Shown here: positions 47,212 through 57,939 of the stretch, piece by piece
How the letters are laid out: each line of letters begins with the position of its first letter
Position numbering within the stretch: the first letter of the stretch is position 1
From: Fibrobacteria bacterium
GTDB taxonomy: Bacteria > Fibrobacterota > Fibrobacteria > UBA11236 > JADFYW01
Assembly (NCBI GenBank): GCA_050294405.1
Contig: JBNKOC010000009.1
Coordinates: forward strand, 64,001-128,000
Reading direction: 5' to 3'
DNA: 64,000 bases
Program-made: the position numbers and the translations under genes
The notes under the pieces: generated by a model
Told to the model about the DNA's origin: nothing
The model's database searches: none
Seen by the model: the letters and a program-made list of their open reading frames with translations, nothing else

Positions 47212-47976
47212 TTAAATGTTAAACAAATGTAGATGGTTTTTGAGTCTTGCCTGTTCCACGGAACAAGTTTGGTCAATAGTCAAAGGAGTAATTGCGATTT
47301 TGTTGTTCAACAAAGCTTCGTCATCAGTATCAGGACCAATTTCTTCAAGATGTTTGTATCCATCAAGCCAGTATTCAGAATGGCCCCTGGGGGTTACCAC
47401 TTCCAGATATCTATCTTTGAATTCAGCCAGTCCCATTTTTCCAATATGTATGCCCTCGATTTCCGAAGGAGGGCATTTCGGGAAATTAATATTCCAGAAC
47501 TTTCCTTTTTCCGCTAAAAAAGCATTGGAACTTTGCAAAAATCTATGGAGCCAGTCAGCAGCGTGGCGGGCTCTTTCCATATTACCTTCCCAAATGGATA
47601 AAGCCAGGCTGGGAATCCCCCAGGTAGCTCCTTCTCTGGCACCGGCAACCGTTCCTGAATACAGGGCGTTTAAGCCCGCATTTTCTCCAGGGTTAATGCC
47701 AGAAACAACCAGGTCGAATTTTTCTTCTCGAAACAAATGGCAAATGGCGAGCTTGATGCAATCAGAAGGGGTTCCATCTACTTTGTATGCAGGATAGTTT
47801 TTGCCAGCTAACTTTTGGTATTTAAGACTGCGATACATGGAAATGGCCTGGCCAATTCCGCTTTGTTCGTGGAAGGGCGCAATCAAATGTATTTGATGGT
47901 CGGTTTTTAAAACTTCACAAAGAATATCCAAGTATGGACTTTGAAAACCATCGTCGTTAGTGATTAATATTTTCAT
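47212..47976 (-). CDS. surE: 5'/3'-nucleotidase SurE
   Basis: MKILITNDDG, GTPSDC, SGINPGEN, YSGTVAGA. Confidence 0.95.
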   Translation of the reverse strand: MKILITNDDGFQSPYLDILCEVLKTDHQIHLIAPFHEQSGIGQAISMYRSLKYQKLAGKNYPAYKVDGTPSDCIKLAICHLFREEKFDLVVSGINPGENAGLNALYSGTVAGAREGATWGIPSLALSIWEGNMERARHAADWLHRFLQSSNAFLAEKGKFWNINFPKCPPSEIEGIHIGKMGLAEFKDRYLEVVTPRGHSEYWLDGYKHLEEIGPDTDDEALLNNKIAITPLTIDQTCSVEQARLKNHLHLFNI

Positions 47977-48349
47977 GGATGGAGGAAAAATTCCCAAGGT
48001 CCCGCGGGAATTTGGAGCAAGAATTTTGCAGTTAAGGCTAACATCCTGGATTGGAAATGATTTGATAATAAAATAAACATTTGCCTGGTTAAGCCTATTC
48101 CTTTAAATCCCTGTTTTTTGAGGCTTTGGAAGGTAAAATACAACATGTATTTTAACCTCAAAAAGATGGGAAAAAATTACAAAAATAAGCCAAAAATGCA
48201 AGGAAAATGGCTATGTAAAAGGCCTTAATTTCCATGTATTTTTAAAGGCAAAATTCATCCCCAAAAAGACCCGGCAGCCTATGGAAAAATTGTGCATCCT
48301 GTGCTATTTTTGCAGTTGGCAATTTTAAATAATTCAGGAAGAATTACTG

Positions 48350-49612
48350 ATGGCAATTAAACTCCCAAAAGGGACCCGGGATTTTTACCCCGAGGAAATG
48401 GCAATCCAAAACTGGATCTTTGAAGAGTGGAAAAGAACCTGCCAGGCCTTTGGTTTTAGGGAGTATGAATCCGCTGCTTTTGAACATCTTGACCTCTACA
48501 CCCAAAAATCTGGGGAAGAAATTGTGGGTCAACTGTACAACTTTACAGACAAAGGGGGGAGGGAAATCGCTCTCCGCCCAGAAATGACTCCAACCCTGGC
48601 TAGAATGGTTAATCAAAAAGGCCCGTCTCTCAAATTGCCCATTCGCTGGTTTTCTATTCCCCGTCTTTGGCGTTATGAGAGGGCTCAAAGAGGGCGCCTT
48701 AGAGAGTTCTTTCAATTGAACATGGATATTTTAGGGGCTAATACTATTTGGGCCGAAATAGATCTCATTACAGCTGTTATTAGCATGCTTAAAAACTTCG
48801 GGCTTGGTGCGGATGATTTTTATGTGGGGATTTCCAGCCGAAAATTATTGCTGCAAATTTTAAGAGCATTGGGCGTTGAGGAAAATCAGGACCCCGCCGT
48901 ATTGGCTGCCTTGGATAAAAGAGCTAAAATACCTCCAGAGCAATTTTTAACCCTTTTAGAGGGGGCTAAAATTTCCAGAGAAAGTGCACTTAAAATTGAA
49001 GAGCTATTTCGCAGCGCCAGCCTGGAACAACTGCAAAATTTATCCGATAGCGAATCTTACCGGGAAGCCTTTGCCGAAATTAAAGAGCTATTAGACAGTT
49101 TGGAAGCTATTGGCTTAAAGGATTTTATCCGTTTTGATTTGTCCATTGTAAGAGGGCTTGCTTATTACACAGGTATTGTGTTTGAAGTTTTGGATTGCCA
49201 GGGCGAGCTTCGGGCCATAGCTGGTGGAGGCCGTTACGATAATCTTTTAAAAGCTCTGGGTGGACAGGATGTTTCAGGTGTGGGTTTTGGAATTGGGGAT
49301 GTTGTTTTATCGGAAATGCTTAAAGATAAAAATCTGTTGCCCAAAACCTTATTCCGGCTGGACTACTATCTGGTGAGTTTTCAGAATTTATCGTCCGAGT
49401 TGATCGCTCTGGCCCAAAAGTTAAGAGAAAAAGGCAAATCTGTAGCCTATTCTTTAAAGGCTGCCAAATTGAAAAAACAGCTATCCGAAGCTGAGGAAAT
49501 GGGAGCTAAAAGAGTTTTGTTTTTCGCCTCTGAAAATGCGCCTGAAGGACATTTTGAAGTTAAAAATCTCGATACACGTACCCAGGAAGTTTTGCCATAT
49601 GACCAACTCTAA
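48350..49612 (+). CDS. hisS: Histidine--tRNA ligase
   Basis: PKGTRDF, LRPEMT, RYERAQRGRLREF, RGLAYYTG, GGGRYD. Confidence 0.95.
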   Translation: MAIKLPKGTRDFYPEEMAIQNWIFEEWKRTCQAFGFREYESAAFEHLDLYTQKSGEEIVGQLYNFTDKGGREIALRPEMTPTLARMVNQKGPSLKLPIRWFSIPRLWRYERAQRGRLREFFQLNMDILGANTIWAEIDLITAVISMLKNFGLGADDFYVGISSRKLLLQILRALGVEENQDPAVLAALDKRAKIPPEQFLTLLEGAKISRESALKIEELFRSASLEQLQNLSDSESYREAFAEIKELLDSLEAIGLKDFIRFDLSIVRGLAYYTGIVFEVLDCQGELRAIAGGGRYDNLLKALGGQDVSGVGFGIGDVVLSEMLKDKNLLPKTLFRLDYYLVSFQNLSSELIALAQKLREKGKSVAYSLKAAKLKKQLSEAEEMGAKRVLFFASENAPEGHFEVKNLDTRTQEVLPYDQL

Positions 49613-50057
49613 GAACCATAAAAAATTACTCGGGAAAAAATTATCCGATGGCGGTTATGAGGGCCTGCAAAACCACATTCCCAACTTGGAAACCCCTTCC
49701 ATTGATGTATGGGAGTTTCAGTATCCTGGAACCGAGTCGGAAATAAAAATATCTATTCCTGAATTTACCTGTATTTGTCCCAAAACCGGTTTACCTGATT
49801 TTGCAACATTAATCATTCGCTATGTTCCCAACAAATTGTGCCTGGAGCTAAAAAGCCTTAAGGAATACCTTTTGTTCTACAGGGAACTGGGTATATTTCA
49901 TGAACATGTGGTAAATAAGCTGCTGGGCGATTGTGTTAAAGTAACTGCGCCCTTGTGGATGGAAGTAGAGGGCGTTTTTAATGCCAGAGGCGGCATTCAA
50001 ACTACCGCGAAAACATTTTACAGCTCCAAAAAATTTAAAACTCAAAAAAGGAAATAA
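49599..50057 (+). CDS. queF: NADPH-dependent preQ0 reductase (type I)
   Basis: [31 protein letters not shown]. Confidence 0.93.
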   Translation: MTNSKNHKKLLGKKLSDGGYEGLQNHIPNLETPSIDVWEFQYPGTESEIKISIPEFTCICPKTGLPDFATLIIRYVPNKLCLELKSLKEYLLFYRELGIFHEHVVNKLLGDCVKVTAPLWMEVEGVFNARGGIQTTAKTFYSSKKFKTQKRK

Positions 50058-50058
50058 T

Positions 50059-51129
50059 ATGAAAGACGTGGTGAATTTCAGTGCAGGGCCTGCCATTTTA
50101 CCCAAGGAGGTTTTTAAGCAGGCGTCATCCGCAGTAGTGGATTTTAACGATTCGGGGCTGTCCATTTTAGAAATGTCCCATCGCTCCAAGGATATTATTG
50201 CTGTAGCAGACGAAGCCACACAACTGGCCGCAGAATTGTTAAATGTTCCAGAAGGCTATAAGGTTTTGTTTTTACAGGGAGGCGCTTCTCTGCAATTTTC
50301 CATGGTGCCCTATAACCTTTTACCCGAAGGCAAAAAGGCTGGATACATGGATACAGGTGCCTGGTCCAAAAAGGCCATTAAGGAAGCTCAGTTATTTGGC
50401 AATGTAAATGTATTGGCCTCTTCTTCAGATAAAAATTACAATTATATTCCCGCAATCCCTCAAATTCCATCTGATTTGGAATACCTGCATGTAACTTCCA
50501 ATAACACCATTTACGGAACGCAATACAAAGATTTTCCTGAAACCTCCGTTCCTTTGATTGCGGACATGTCTTCCGATATATTCAGCCGCACTTTTGATGT
50601 ATCCAAATTTAACTTGATATATGCCGGAGCTCAGAAAAACATGGGCTGTGCGGGTACTACACTGGTTGTTGTTAAAGAGGATTGTCTGGGAAAATCCGGC
50701 CGCAGTATTCCTTCCATGCTGGATTACCAAATCCATATCAAAGGCGAATCTATGTTTAATACGCCCCCGGTATTTGGAATCTACATTGCTTTGGAAACCA
50801 TGCGCTGGCTAAAAGAATTGGGAGGCGTTTCCACCATTCAGAAAATCAATGAAAGAAAAGCCGCAAAACTGTATCAGGAAATTGATAGAAACCCACTGTT
50901 TGTGGGAACTGCAGAGAAGGAAAACCGTTCTAATATGAATGTGACTTTTGTGATGGAAGACTCCAGCTTAGAAGCTGAATTTTTAAAATTAGCCAGCGAC
51001 AATGGCTTAAGCGGTTTAAAGGGCCACCGTTCTGTGGGCGGTTTTCGCGCCTCCATTTATAACGCTATGCCCGAATCTGGTATCGACCGTTTAATAACTT
51101 GCATGCAAGATTTTGAAAAATCTAAGTAA
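50059..51129 (+). CDS. serC: Phosphoserine aminotransferase
   Basis: [35 protein letters not shown]. Confidence 0.96.
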   Translation: MKDVVNFSAGPAILPKEVFKQASSAVVDFNDSGLSILEMSHRSKDIIAVADEATQLAAELLNVPEGYKVLFLQGGASLQFSMVPYNLLPEGKKAGYMDTGAWSKKAIKEAQLFGNVNVLASSSDKNYNYIPAIPQIPSDLEYLHVTSNNTIYGTQYKDFPETSVPLIADMSSDIFSRTFDVSKFNLIYAGAQKNMGCAGTTLVVVKEDCLGKSGRSIPSMLDYQIHIKGESMFNTPPVFGIYIALETMRWLKELGGVSTIQKINERKAAKLYQEIDRNPLFVGTAEKENRSNMNVTFVMEDSSLEAEFLKLASDNGLSGLKGHRSVGGFRASIYNAMPESGIDRLITCMQDFEKSK

Positions 51130-51147
51130 GTATAATTAACATATTAC

Positions 51148-51179
51148 AAAGCCTTTGGAAAACTCCAGGGGCTTTTTTT
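51148..51179. terminator. Terminator between convergent serC and dnaE
   Basis: AAAGCCTTTGGA-aaac-TCCAGGGGCTTT-TTTT. Confidence 0.75.
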
Positions 51180-51187
51180 GTGGAAAA

Positions 51188-54100
51188 TTAAACGGGCTGC
51201 TTATCTGAGATCCACACATTGCCTTCCCCGGCAATTTCTTCTAATTGTTGGGTGAAATCCTTATAAGAAGAAACCTTTAAGGCGCGGCTTTTAAGGCGGT
51301 GATCTTTATCCATAGTATTGAGATGAAGGACAAAATCGCAATTCCCATGGTTCTCATCGCAAATTCCAAAAAGTTTGTCTATGTCTTCGTGCTGAAGCCC
51401 TGAGGCATTAAGTTTCACATGTATACTTTGGGTTAATTTTTCTCTCGCATCGGAAATGGGCAAAATCCGTTCGGCCACCAGCTTGGGTTCGTCTTTGCGC
51501 TCCACATCTCGCTTGAATTTTCCCCGAATTAATACCATGTTGTCTATTTCAATATGCTCCATGTATTTTTCGTAGGTGTCTGACCAGAAAACAACTTCAA
51601 TTTTCCCGCTAAAATCTTCCAAAACCCCAAATGCAAAGGTGCGGTTGTCTTTTTGACTTATGCGCTTTCGAAGGGATGTTAGTATACCTCCTAAAATAAT
51701 TGAGCTCTCGGTTTTTACCTTTTCCAGGGAAAGAGCGTCCAGGGCGCTTCCAGTAAAGGCTTCAATTTCCATGCGGTGCGGCTCCAGGGGGTGGCCTGAA
51801 AGGTATAAGCCTAAAACTTCTTTTTCTTTTCCCAACAACTCGCTGTAAGGCCAGGGATCCACATCGGGCTGACTCAACTCTTCTTCTTCACTATTAGAGT
51901 CTTGTTGCGGGCTGTCGAATAAAAAAGTCTGACCCAATTCTTTATCCCTATGGTATTTGGCGGCAAGTAACATGGCTTCTTCTACAGAAGCATATTGCTG
52001 CGCACGGCTTCCCGGCAAATCATCCATAGCCCCTGCGTAAATCAAAGACTCAATAGCCCGGCGATTTAAATAAGAAACATCTAATCTTTTGCATAAATCC
52101 AAAACGGATTTAAAAGGGCCGTTTTCTTTGCGTTCTTCTACTAATTTTTCAGCGGCGCTCATTCCCACATTTTTAATGCCAGCCAATCCATATATTATGG
52201 AGCGTCCCTTAGAGACAAATTGAGGGTGGCTGTGGTTGATGTTAGGACAAATAACTTCAATATCTAACTGCTTGCAATCATTTAATAAAATGACCAATCT
52301 ATCTGTATTGTCAATTTCCGAGCTCATATTCGCCGCCAAAAATTCTGAGGGAAAGTGAGCTTTTAAATAGGCCGTTTGATAAGCTATTGTGGCGTAGGCG
52401 GCAGAATGGCTTTTGTTAAAAGCGTAACTGGAAAAAGGAACCAGAGTGTCCCAGATGGTTTCGGCAACTTTTCGTGGGTATCCTCTTTCTTCGGCGCCAT
52501 CGATAAACTTGGGCTTAAGTTTATCCATTTTTTCCACATTTTTTTTAGCCATGGCCCGGCGCATTTCATCGGCGCCCCCCAGAGTAAAACCGGAAAGAAC
52601 CTGGGCGATTTGCATCACCTGTTCCTGGTAAACAATGACTCCATATGTTTCACCCAAAATGGGTTCCAGGTTTTTGTGGTAATAATCAATTTTTTCATTG
52701 CCATTTTTACGGGCGATGTAATTGGGGATGTTTTCAATGGGGCCAGGTCGATACAAGGCATTCATAGCAATAAGGTCTTCAATGCCAGTAGGTTTCAGCT
52801 TTCTTAAATAATCCTGCATACCCCCGGATTCAAATTGGAACACTCCCACGGTTAATCCTTTGCCCAATAACTCCAAAGTTTTTGGATCATTCTCGGGCAA
52901 TGTTAATGGGTCCAGAGTTTGGCCGGTTTTTAACTCCACTTCTTTCAGACAATCCTGTATAACAGAAAGGTTTCGCAAACCTAAAAAGTCCATTTTCAAA
53001 AGACCAATTTCTTCTGAGAATTGCTTATCGTATTGGATCATCAATTGATCAGAACCAGGTTGTCGGAAAAGCGGCGCGAAGTTAACCACCGGCTCTGGGG
53101 CTATTATAACCGCTGCGGCGTGCATTCCCGCTTGCCTAACAAAACCTTCCAGATTTAAAGCGATGTTTTGCAGCCTTTCTTTTTGAGGTTCACTGCTCAA
53201 ATCCTTTTTTAAATCGGGAGAAGATTCAATGGATTCTTTTAAATCCGCAAAGGGTTTATCCGGGGGAAAAAGCTTACATATTCGATTGAGTTCCTGAGCT
53301 TCAAATCCCATGGCCCTACCCACATCGCGCAGCACCATTTTAGCTTTCATTCTTCCATAGGTCACGATTTGGGCAACGGATTCCACCCCGTATTTTTGCA
53401 CTACGTATTTAATAACTTTCCCTCTATCTCTATCGGAAAAATCCGTATCGATATCGGGCATGCTCACACGTTCAGGATTTAAAAAACGTTCAAAAAGCAA
53501 ATTAAATCGCAGGGGATCTACATCGGTAATTCCAATAACATAGGAAACAATGGAGCCCACCGCAGAGCCGCGGCCAGGTCCCACTGGAATATTCATCTTC
53601 TTAGCTGCGTTTATAAAATCCTGAACGATTAACATATAGCCGGAGACACTCATTTTTTCCATGACTTCCAATTCGTAATGGACCCGTTCGAGAATTTCCG
53701 GAGTTACGTTGGAGTAGCGTTTTTTCACACCTTCCAGGGAAAGGTGCCGCAAATAATCGTGGTCGTTTTTAAAACCTTTTGGAGTGGGGGAACGGGGCCA
53801 ATACAATTTTCCAAATTCGATTTCCAAATCGCATTTGTCTGCAATAGCCAAAGTGTTTTGAATAGCGCCTGGAAAATGCCCTAATATTTTTTCCATTTCC
53901 TCGGAACTTTTCAAATAATACTGGTCCGATTCTCTTTTGGGGCGGTTTGGATCATCTAGTTTCCAGTTCCCTTCAATACATAAAATAACATCATAGGCCT
54001 CGGCGTCTTTTTGCTCTACATAGTGGACATCGTTGGTAGCTACCAGAGGAATATTTTTTTGCTTATGAAATTCCAAAAACGCGGCATTGACTTTTTGCTC

Positions 54101-54649
54101 AGGTTCCAATTTATGATCCTGGACGCATAAATAAAAATCATCTTTACCAAATACATCTTGAAAATATTCAATGAGACTATTGGCTGCGTCCATATCGTCA
54201 TCTACAATGGCCTGGCCAATGGCGCCCTGAAAATTTGAGCTAAGGCATATTAACCCTTCTGCATGGGAGCTTAAAATCTCCTTGTCAATCAGAGGCTTAT
54301 GTTGCAGCCCTTCCGTAAATCCCAGGGAGCAAAGTTTTAAAAGGTTTTTGTAACCGGGTTGGTTTTTGGCGATTAATATTAATTTAGAATATCCGTTTTG
54401 CTTTCCAGGGGGTATGGGCTCGGTTCTTTTACCTCTGGCCACATAAAAATCACAGCCCACGATGGGTTTGATCCCGGCTTTCTTGGCGTTGGTGTAAAAT
54501 TCCAGCATACCAAACATATTGCCGTGATCCGTTAAAGCCAGGGCTTTTTGTCCGTGTTGGGATGCCTTTTGCACCATATTTTTAATACGGGCTGCAGCCT
54601 GCAACATGGAGTATTCGGAATGGCTATGTAAATGAATAAATTCTGTCAT
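51188..54649 (-). CDS. dnaE: DNA polymerase III alpha subunit
   Basis: HLHSHSEYS PHP domain, GPGRGSAVGS, FERFLNPERVSMPDIDTD, KMDFLGL, YAFNKSH. Confidence 0.97.
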   Translation of the reverse strand: MTEFIHLHSHSEYSMLQAAARIKNMVQKASQHGQKALALTDHGNMFGMLEFYTNAKKAGIKPIVGCDFYVARGKRTEPIPPGKQNGYSKLILIAKNQPGYKNLLKLCSLGFTEGLQHKPLIDKEILSSHAEGLICLSSNFQGAIGQAIVDDDMDAANSLIEYFQDVFGKDDFYLCVQDHKLEPEQKVNAAFLEFHKQKNIPLVATNDVHYVEQKDAEAYDVILCIEGNWKLDDPNRPKRESDQYYLKSSEEMEKILGHFPGAIQNTLAIADKCDLEIEFGKLYWPRSPTPKGFKNDHDYLRHLSLEGVKKRYSNVTPEILERVHYELEVMEKMSVSGYMLIVQDFINAAKKMNIPVGPGRGSAVGSIVSYVIGITDVDPLRFNLLFERFLNPERVSMPDIDTDFSDRDRGKVIKYVVQKYGVESVAQIVTYGRMKAKMVLRDVGRAMGFEAQELNRICKLFPPDKPFADLKESIESSPDLKKDLSSEPQKERLQNIALNLEGFVRQAGMHAAAVIIAPEPVVNFAPLFRQPGSDQLMIQYDKQFSEEIGLLKMDFLGLRNLSVIQDCLKEVELKTGQTLDPLTLPENDPKTLELLGKGLTVGVFQFESGGMQDYLRKLKPTGIEDLIAMNALYRPGPIENIPNYIARKNGNEKIDYYHKNLEPILGETYGVIVYQEQVMQIAQVLSGFTLGGADEMRRAMAKKNVEKMDKLKPKFIDGAEERGYPRKVAETIWDTLVPFSSYAFNKSHSAAYATIAYQTAYLKAHFPSEFLAANMSSEIDNTDRLVILLNDCKQLDIEVICPNINHSHPQFVSKGRSIIYGLAGIKNVGMSAAEKLVEERKENGPFKSVLDLCKRLDVSYLNRRAIESLIYAGAMDDLPGSRAQQYASVEEAMLLAAKYHRDKELGQTFLFDSPQQDSNSEEEELSQPDVDPWPYSELLGKEKEVLGLYLSGHPLEPHRMEIEAFTGSALDALSLEKVKTESSIILGGILTSLRKRISQKDNRTFAFGVLEDFSGKIEVVFWSDTYEKYMEHIEIDNMVLIRGKFKRDVERKDEPKLVAERILPISDAREKLTQSIHVKLNASGLQHEDIDKLFGICDENHGNCDFVLHLNTMDKDHRLKSRALKVSSYKDFTQQLEEIAGEGNVWISDKQPV

Positions 54650-54652
54650 ATG

Positions 54653-56539
54653 TTATTCGATTACCCTTAGGGAACTGATGTCTTCTAAGGAATATTCTGA
54701 GCGCATTCCCGATTGGACTTCCGTTCCTATAATTTTTGGCTGGCTGTCTTCGTGGATAATTCTAAGAGGCCTGATTAATATGCGCCGTATATCGCCGTTT
54801 ATAATGCTTATTTCCACTTTTTTATCTGTTACAATGGCGTATTCCACCATGCGACTAAAATTAATATTGGAAGCAGACTTGGATTGGCTGGAGTATTTTT
54901 TACTGGGGCTTTGTTGGCGATTAAAAAAGCGGCCTTTTTCGTTGCTGTGAAACTGGATTTCTCCTCTGGAAAAATCAGAGGAAAAACTCCTGGGGTTTTC
55001 TGGTTTTATTTTTATTAGTCCAGTTTGAGTCTCTTTTCTCTGAGGATCTCCAGGGCTTAAGCCAAATTGGGACAAAAAACTCTGGACTTCATCTTTGCGA
55101 AAAGGGTTGATAACAAAGCCATAACCTTCAATGGCCTCCTCGGTAAGTTTTAAAAAGGGTGGAAGCTGACTGAGTAATTTCCACTTTTCTTTATCTTTAA
55201 TACGCAAAACCAAAAGTTCCTGAAATTCGCTGGATGTATAGCTTGCGCTCCATTCTTTAAGGCTTTCCCGGGTTTGGTCGTTAAATCCCAACCAATCCAT
55301 TAGCTCCAGAAAAACTTCTTCACTGATCCCGCTTTTCAGGCCTTCCACTACGGATTCTTTGCTGAGCCTATAAGAACACATGGCCTCGTCATTTTGTTTT
55401 TGGGCGAGACTTTCCAACTGAAAGCGGCGATGGGGTGGGGCTTCGTTGGAAAGTAATACTTCAAAATTGGGCAGGCTATAGGAAAGGCTCTCTTCTGTTT
55501 GGGGCGCTACATGTTCCTTTAAAAATTGGGTGTTGAATTTAGCAAGATGGATTTTAGCTCTTTGTAATTGAAATTCAACACCTCCCAATACATATAATTC
55601 TTTTAGTACATCGGGTAAATTTTCCCAACTGAACCCCTCTTTAGTGCCATAGGCTACGGTGGCGGTTTTCAAAGGGGAATAACATTTCCATAGAGCTGCC
55701 AAATCTGTGAGAAGGGTTCCTTCGGGGTATTGGGATTCTAAAATTTCAAAAATTTTTCTGGAGTTGCACATGCGCCTTCGCAGCCACCATTCCACGAGGG
55801 ATTGGTTTATTTCTTGATACTCTAGGGAACAGTATTCCAGCCCCTCTTTAGATAAAAACAGTCTGTCACCGCCATCTAACAAAAATTGCTTATCCAAACA
55901 AAATTGAAAATACATATCCAATTCCAACTGGCTTATTTGGGGTGAAATATTTTGGGATGCCGTAAAATTATCCCTTAACATTAAGATTGAACGCCTGTTT
56001 AATTCCCCCTTTTGCGTGCACTTGAGTCTGCCCAAATAAGCGGAGGCCATAAAGTGAATCAAGTGGGGAATAGTGAAATTTTGATGGCTGAATAACCCTT
56101 CTGCTTTGATGCCGAAACCGGCATTTTTAGGAAGAGTTTGTTCTAATACAGGGATAAATAATTCCCGGAAACCGTGAAAAGAATAATTATCCCCCTTGCG
56201 GGAGTAGATTAACATTTTTTCTTCGAGGCTGTGCAATTGCTGAGAAAGTTGAGCCGGGTCCCGCTCCCTGGAATTTGAATACAAATCGGACTCTAATACA
56301 CCGCGTTCTTCGCTAAAGTAAATTTCCCCTAAAAGTCCGGATTCTATTTCTGTTAATTCCTCAAGACTTTGGGAAAGCCGTTCTTCATCCAAGGCCCAGC
56401 TTTCCATGTCGCTTAAAACTTTTGAACCCTGTACCAGGCCTTTAATTTTTTGATGCTTTTTATGGAGTTTTGCCAGCCAGCTTTTTGGACCTTCTTCCAG
56501 ATAATTTTTAATTCCAAGCATCTTAAACTTTAAACCCAA
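54653..56539 (-). CDS. XPB-type helicase-associated (Helicase_C_3-like) protein with C-terminal WYL-like domain
   Basis: PNFEVLL..YRLSKESVVEGLKSG..LKEW; C-terminal AIVTDKKVEIS..IRPLRI..EYSLEDISSL. Confidence 0.65.
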   Translation of the reverse strand: MGLKFKMLGIKNYLEEGPKSWLAKLHKKHQKIKGLVQGSKVLSDMESWALDEERLSQSLEELTEIESGLLGEIYFSEERGVLESDLYSNSRERDPAQLSQQLHSLEEKMLIYSRKGDNYSFHGFRELFIPVLEQTLPKNAGFGIKAEGLFSHQNFTIPHLIHFMASAYLGRLKCTQKGELNRRSILMLRDNFTASQNISPQISQLELDMYFQFCLDKQFLLDGGDRLFLSKEGLEYCSLEYQEINQSLVEWWLRRRMCNSRKIFEILESQYPEGTLLTDLAALWKCYSPLKTATVAYGTKEGFSWENLPDVLKELYVLGGVEFQLQRAKIHLAKFNTQFLKEHVAPQTEESLSYSLPNFEVLLSNEAPPHRRFQLESLAQKQNDEAMCSYRLSKESVVEGLKSGISEEVFLELMDWLGFNDQTRESLKEWSASYTSSEFQELLVLRIKDKEKWKLLSQLPPFLKLTEEAIEGYGFVINPFRKDEVQSFLSQFGLSPGDPQRKETQTGLIKIKPENPRSFSSDFSRGEIQFHSNEKGRFFNRQQSPSKKYSSQSKSASNINFSRMVEYAIVTDKKVEISIINGDIRRILIRPLRIIHEDSQPKIIGTEVQSGMRSEYSLEDISSLRVIE

Positions 56540-56624
56540 TTAAACGCTTAAAGGTAAAAAAATGCTCCTAATTTTTGTGAAGATCTTGTGGGCTTAAATA
56601 GGGTAAAAATCTTTGAAAAAACAA

Positions 56625-56654
56625 AAAGCTGCCCGCCTTGCGGCGGACAGCTTT
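56625..56654 (-). terminator. Flagellin terminator
   Basis: AAAGCTGCCCGCC-ttgc-GGCGGACAGCTTT with adjacent A-run. Confidence 0.75.
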
Positions 56655-56678
56655 CTATCAATGAAGCGCCAAACCCCC

Positions 56679-57554
56679 TTATCCAAGGAGTTGAAGCACT
56701 GATGAAGGTACGGCGTTGGACTGCGCCAACATCGCCGTAGCTGATTGGGATAAAATCTGCGCCTTAGTGAATTTTGTTGTTTCCACCGCAAAATCTACAT
56801 CCCGGATTCTGGATTCGGCATCCTGAGTATTGTAGGCTTGGTTTGCAATGTTGTCAATTGCATGGTGAAGCCTGTTTACCACAGCTCCAATGCCAGAGCG
56901 CATGGCGGATACACTGCCAATGGCTGAATCAATGGTTGTGATTGCAGAAAAGCTGTTGGCTTGACTGGTTACATTGGTTTGGCCTGTTCCACTTAATGTC
57001 ATTCCCAAAGCGCCCAAAGTCAGGGAATCGATGGAAACTGTTAAGGTGTCCGTAGAACCAGTTAAAGAACCACCGTTATTGTTGGCACCAATATGCAGTA
57101 CAGACTGGGCCCCACCAGTAGTTCCAAAGGAACCTGCAGCACCATCTAAAAGAGTTTGCCCATTGTATTGAGCAGACACACTGATTCGGGAAATTTCAGA
57201 CATTAAAGACTCAAATTCCTGGTTGGTGTAGCCTCTTTCGGTGGTGGTTAAAGTGGAGTTGGAGCTTTGAATGGCCAATTCGCGCATTCTTTGCAAAATG
57301 GCGGAGATTTCATTGGCTGCTCCTTCAGCTATTTGCAATAGGGCAATACCGTCTTCTGCATTAGCCTGAGCTTGTCTTAAACCTCTCACCTGAGTCCGCA
57401 ATTGCTCAGAGACAGAAAGACCAGCGGCGTCATCAGAAGCCCGGTTAATTCGCAAGCCTGTGGAAAGTTTTTCCAGTGAGCTTGTGAGTGCATTACTTTG
57501 TACTCGCGAAGCATTTTGCCCAATCATGCTAGCGATGTTGTGATTAATTCGCAT
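56679..57554 (-). CDS. fliC: Flagellin (short, 291 aa)
   Basis: MRINHN, LEKLSTGLRINRASDDAAGL, ESRIRDVDFA, AMLAQSN. Confidence 0.95.
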   Translation of the reverse strand: MRINHNIASMIGQNASRVQSNALTSSLEKLSTGLRINRASDDAAGLSVSEQLRTQVRGLRQAQANAEDGIALLQIAEGAANEISAILQRMRELAIQSSNSTLTTTERGYTNQEFESLMSEISRISVSAQYNGQTLLDGAAGSFGTTGGAQSVLHIGANNNGGSLTGSTDTLTVSIDSLTLGALGMTLSGTGQTNVTSQANSFSAITTIDSAIGSVSAMRSGIGAVVNRLHHAIDNIANQAYNTQDAESRIRDVDFAVETTKFTKAQILSQSATAMLAQSNAVPSSVLQLLG

Positions 57555-57635
57555 GAGATAACCTCCGTGTTGTTGTGAACCAAGAGCAGCTTCCTTGCTG
57601 GCTCTGTTAGAGGGCCGCAATTCCCTCTACCGGAT

Positions 57636-57663
57636 TTATCGGCAAAGCTCATAAGTCACTTTA
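57636..57663 (-). promoter_or_regulatory. sigma-28 (FliA) promoter
   Basis: The - strand reads TAAA-N16-GCCGATAA upstream of flagellin. Confidence 0.88.
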
Positions 57664-57939
57664 AATTTTTCTTTAACTTTTTTTTAAGTTCTTTGTAACT
57701 TATTAAAAAATAAAGGGTTAAATTTTCGAAAAAGTTTTTTGAAACCAATTACAGGCCTTTTTTTAAAAGTTTGATTTTGGTTTTTTGAGCTTTAAGATGA
57801 GCTTAAATTCTTATAGTCCAGGTTATCAAAAGCTTTAATCCAAGTTCTCTCAGAGTAGGATAAAAAATGGGTTTCAATAAAAAAACCCAGTAAGAACCCC
57901 ACCAAATGCTATTAATAAATAAGCTTGCAAAAAAGGCGA

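Noticed and set aside
47216..47797. 193-aa antisense ORF over surE, and similar shadow ORFs over gyrA, dnaE, serC and GH10
   Set aside because: They lie opposite well-conserved genes and have no motifs; expected codon-bias shadows
51188..54649. Intein in dnaE or gyrA
   Set aside because: Lengths and motif spacing are normal; no intein splice or LAGLIDADG motifs seen
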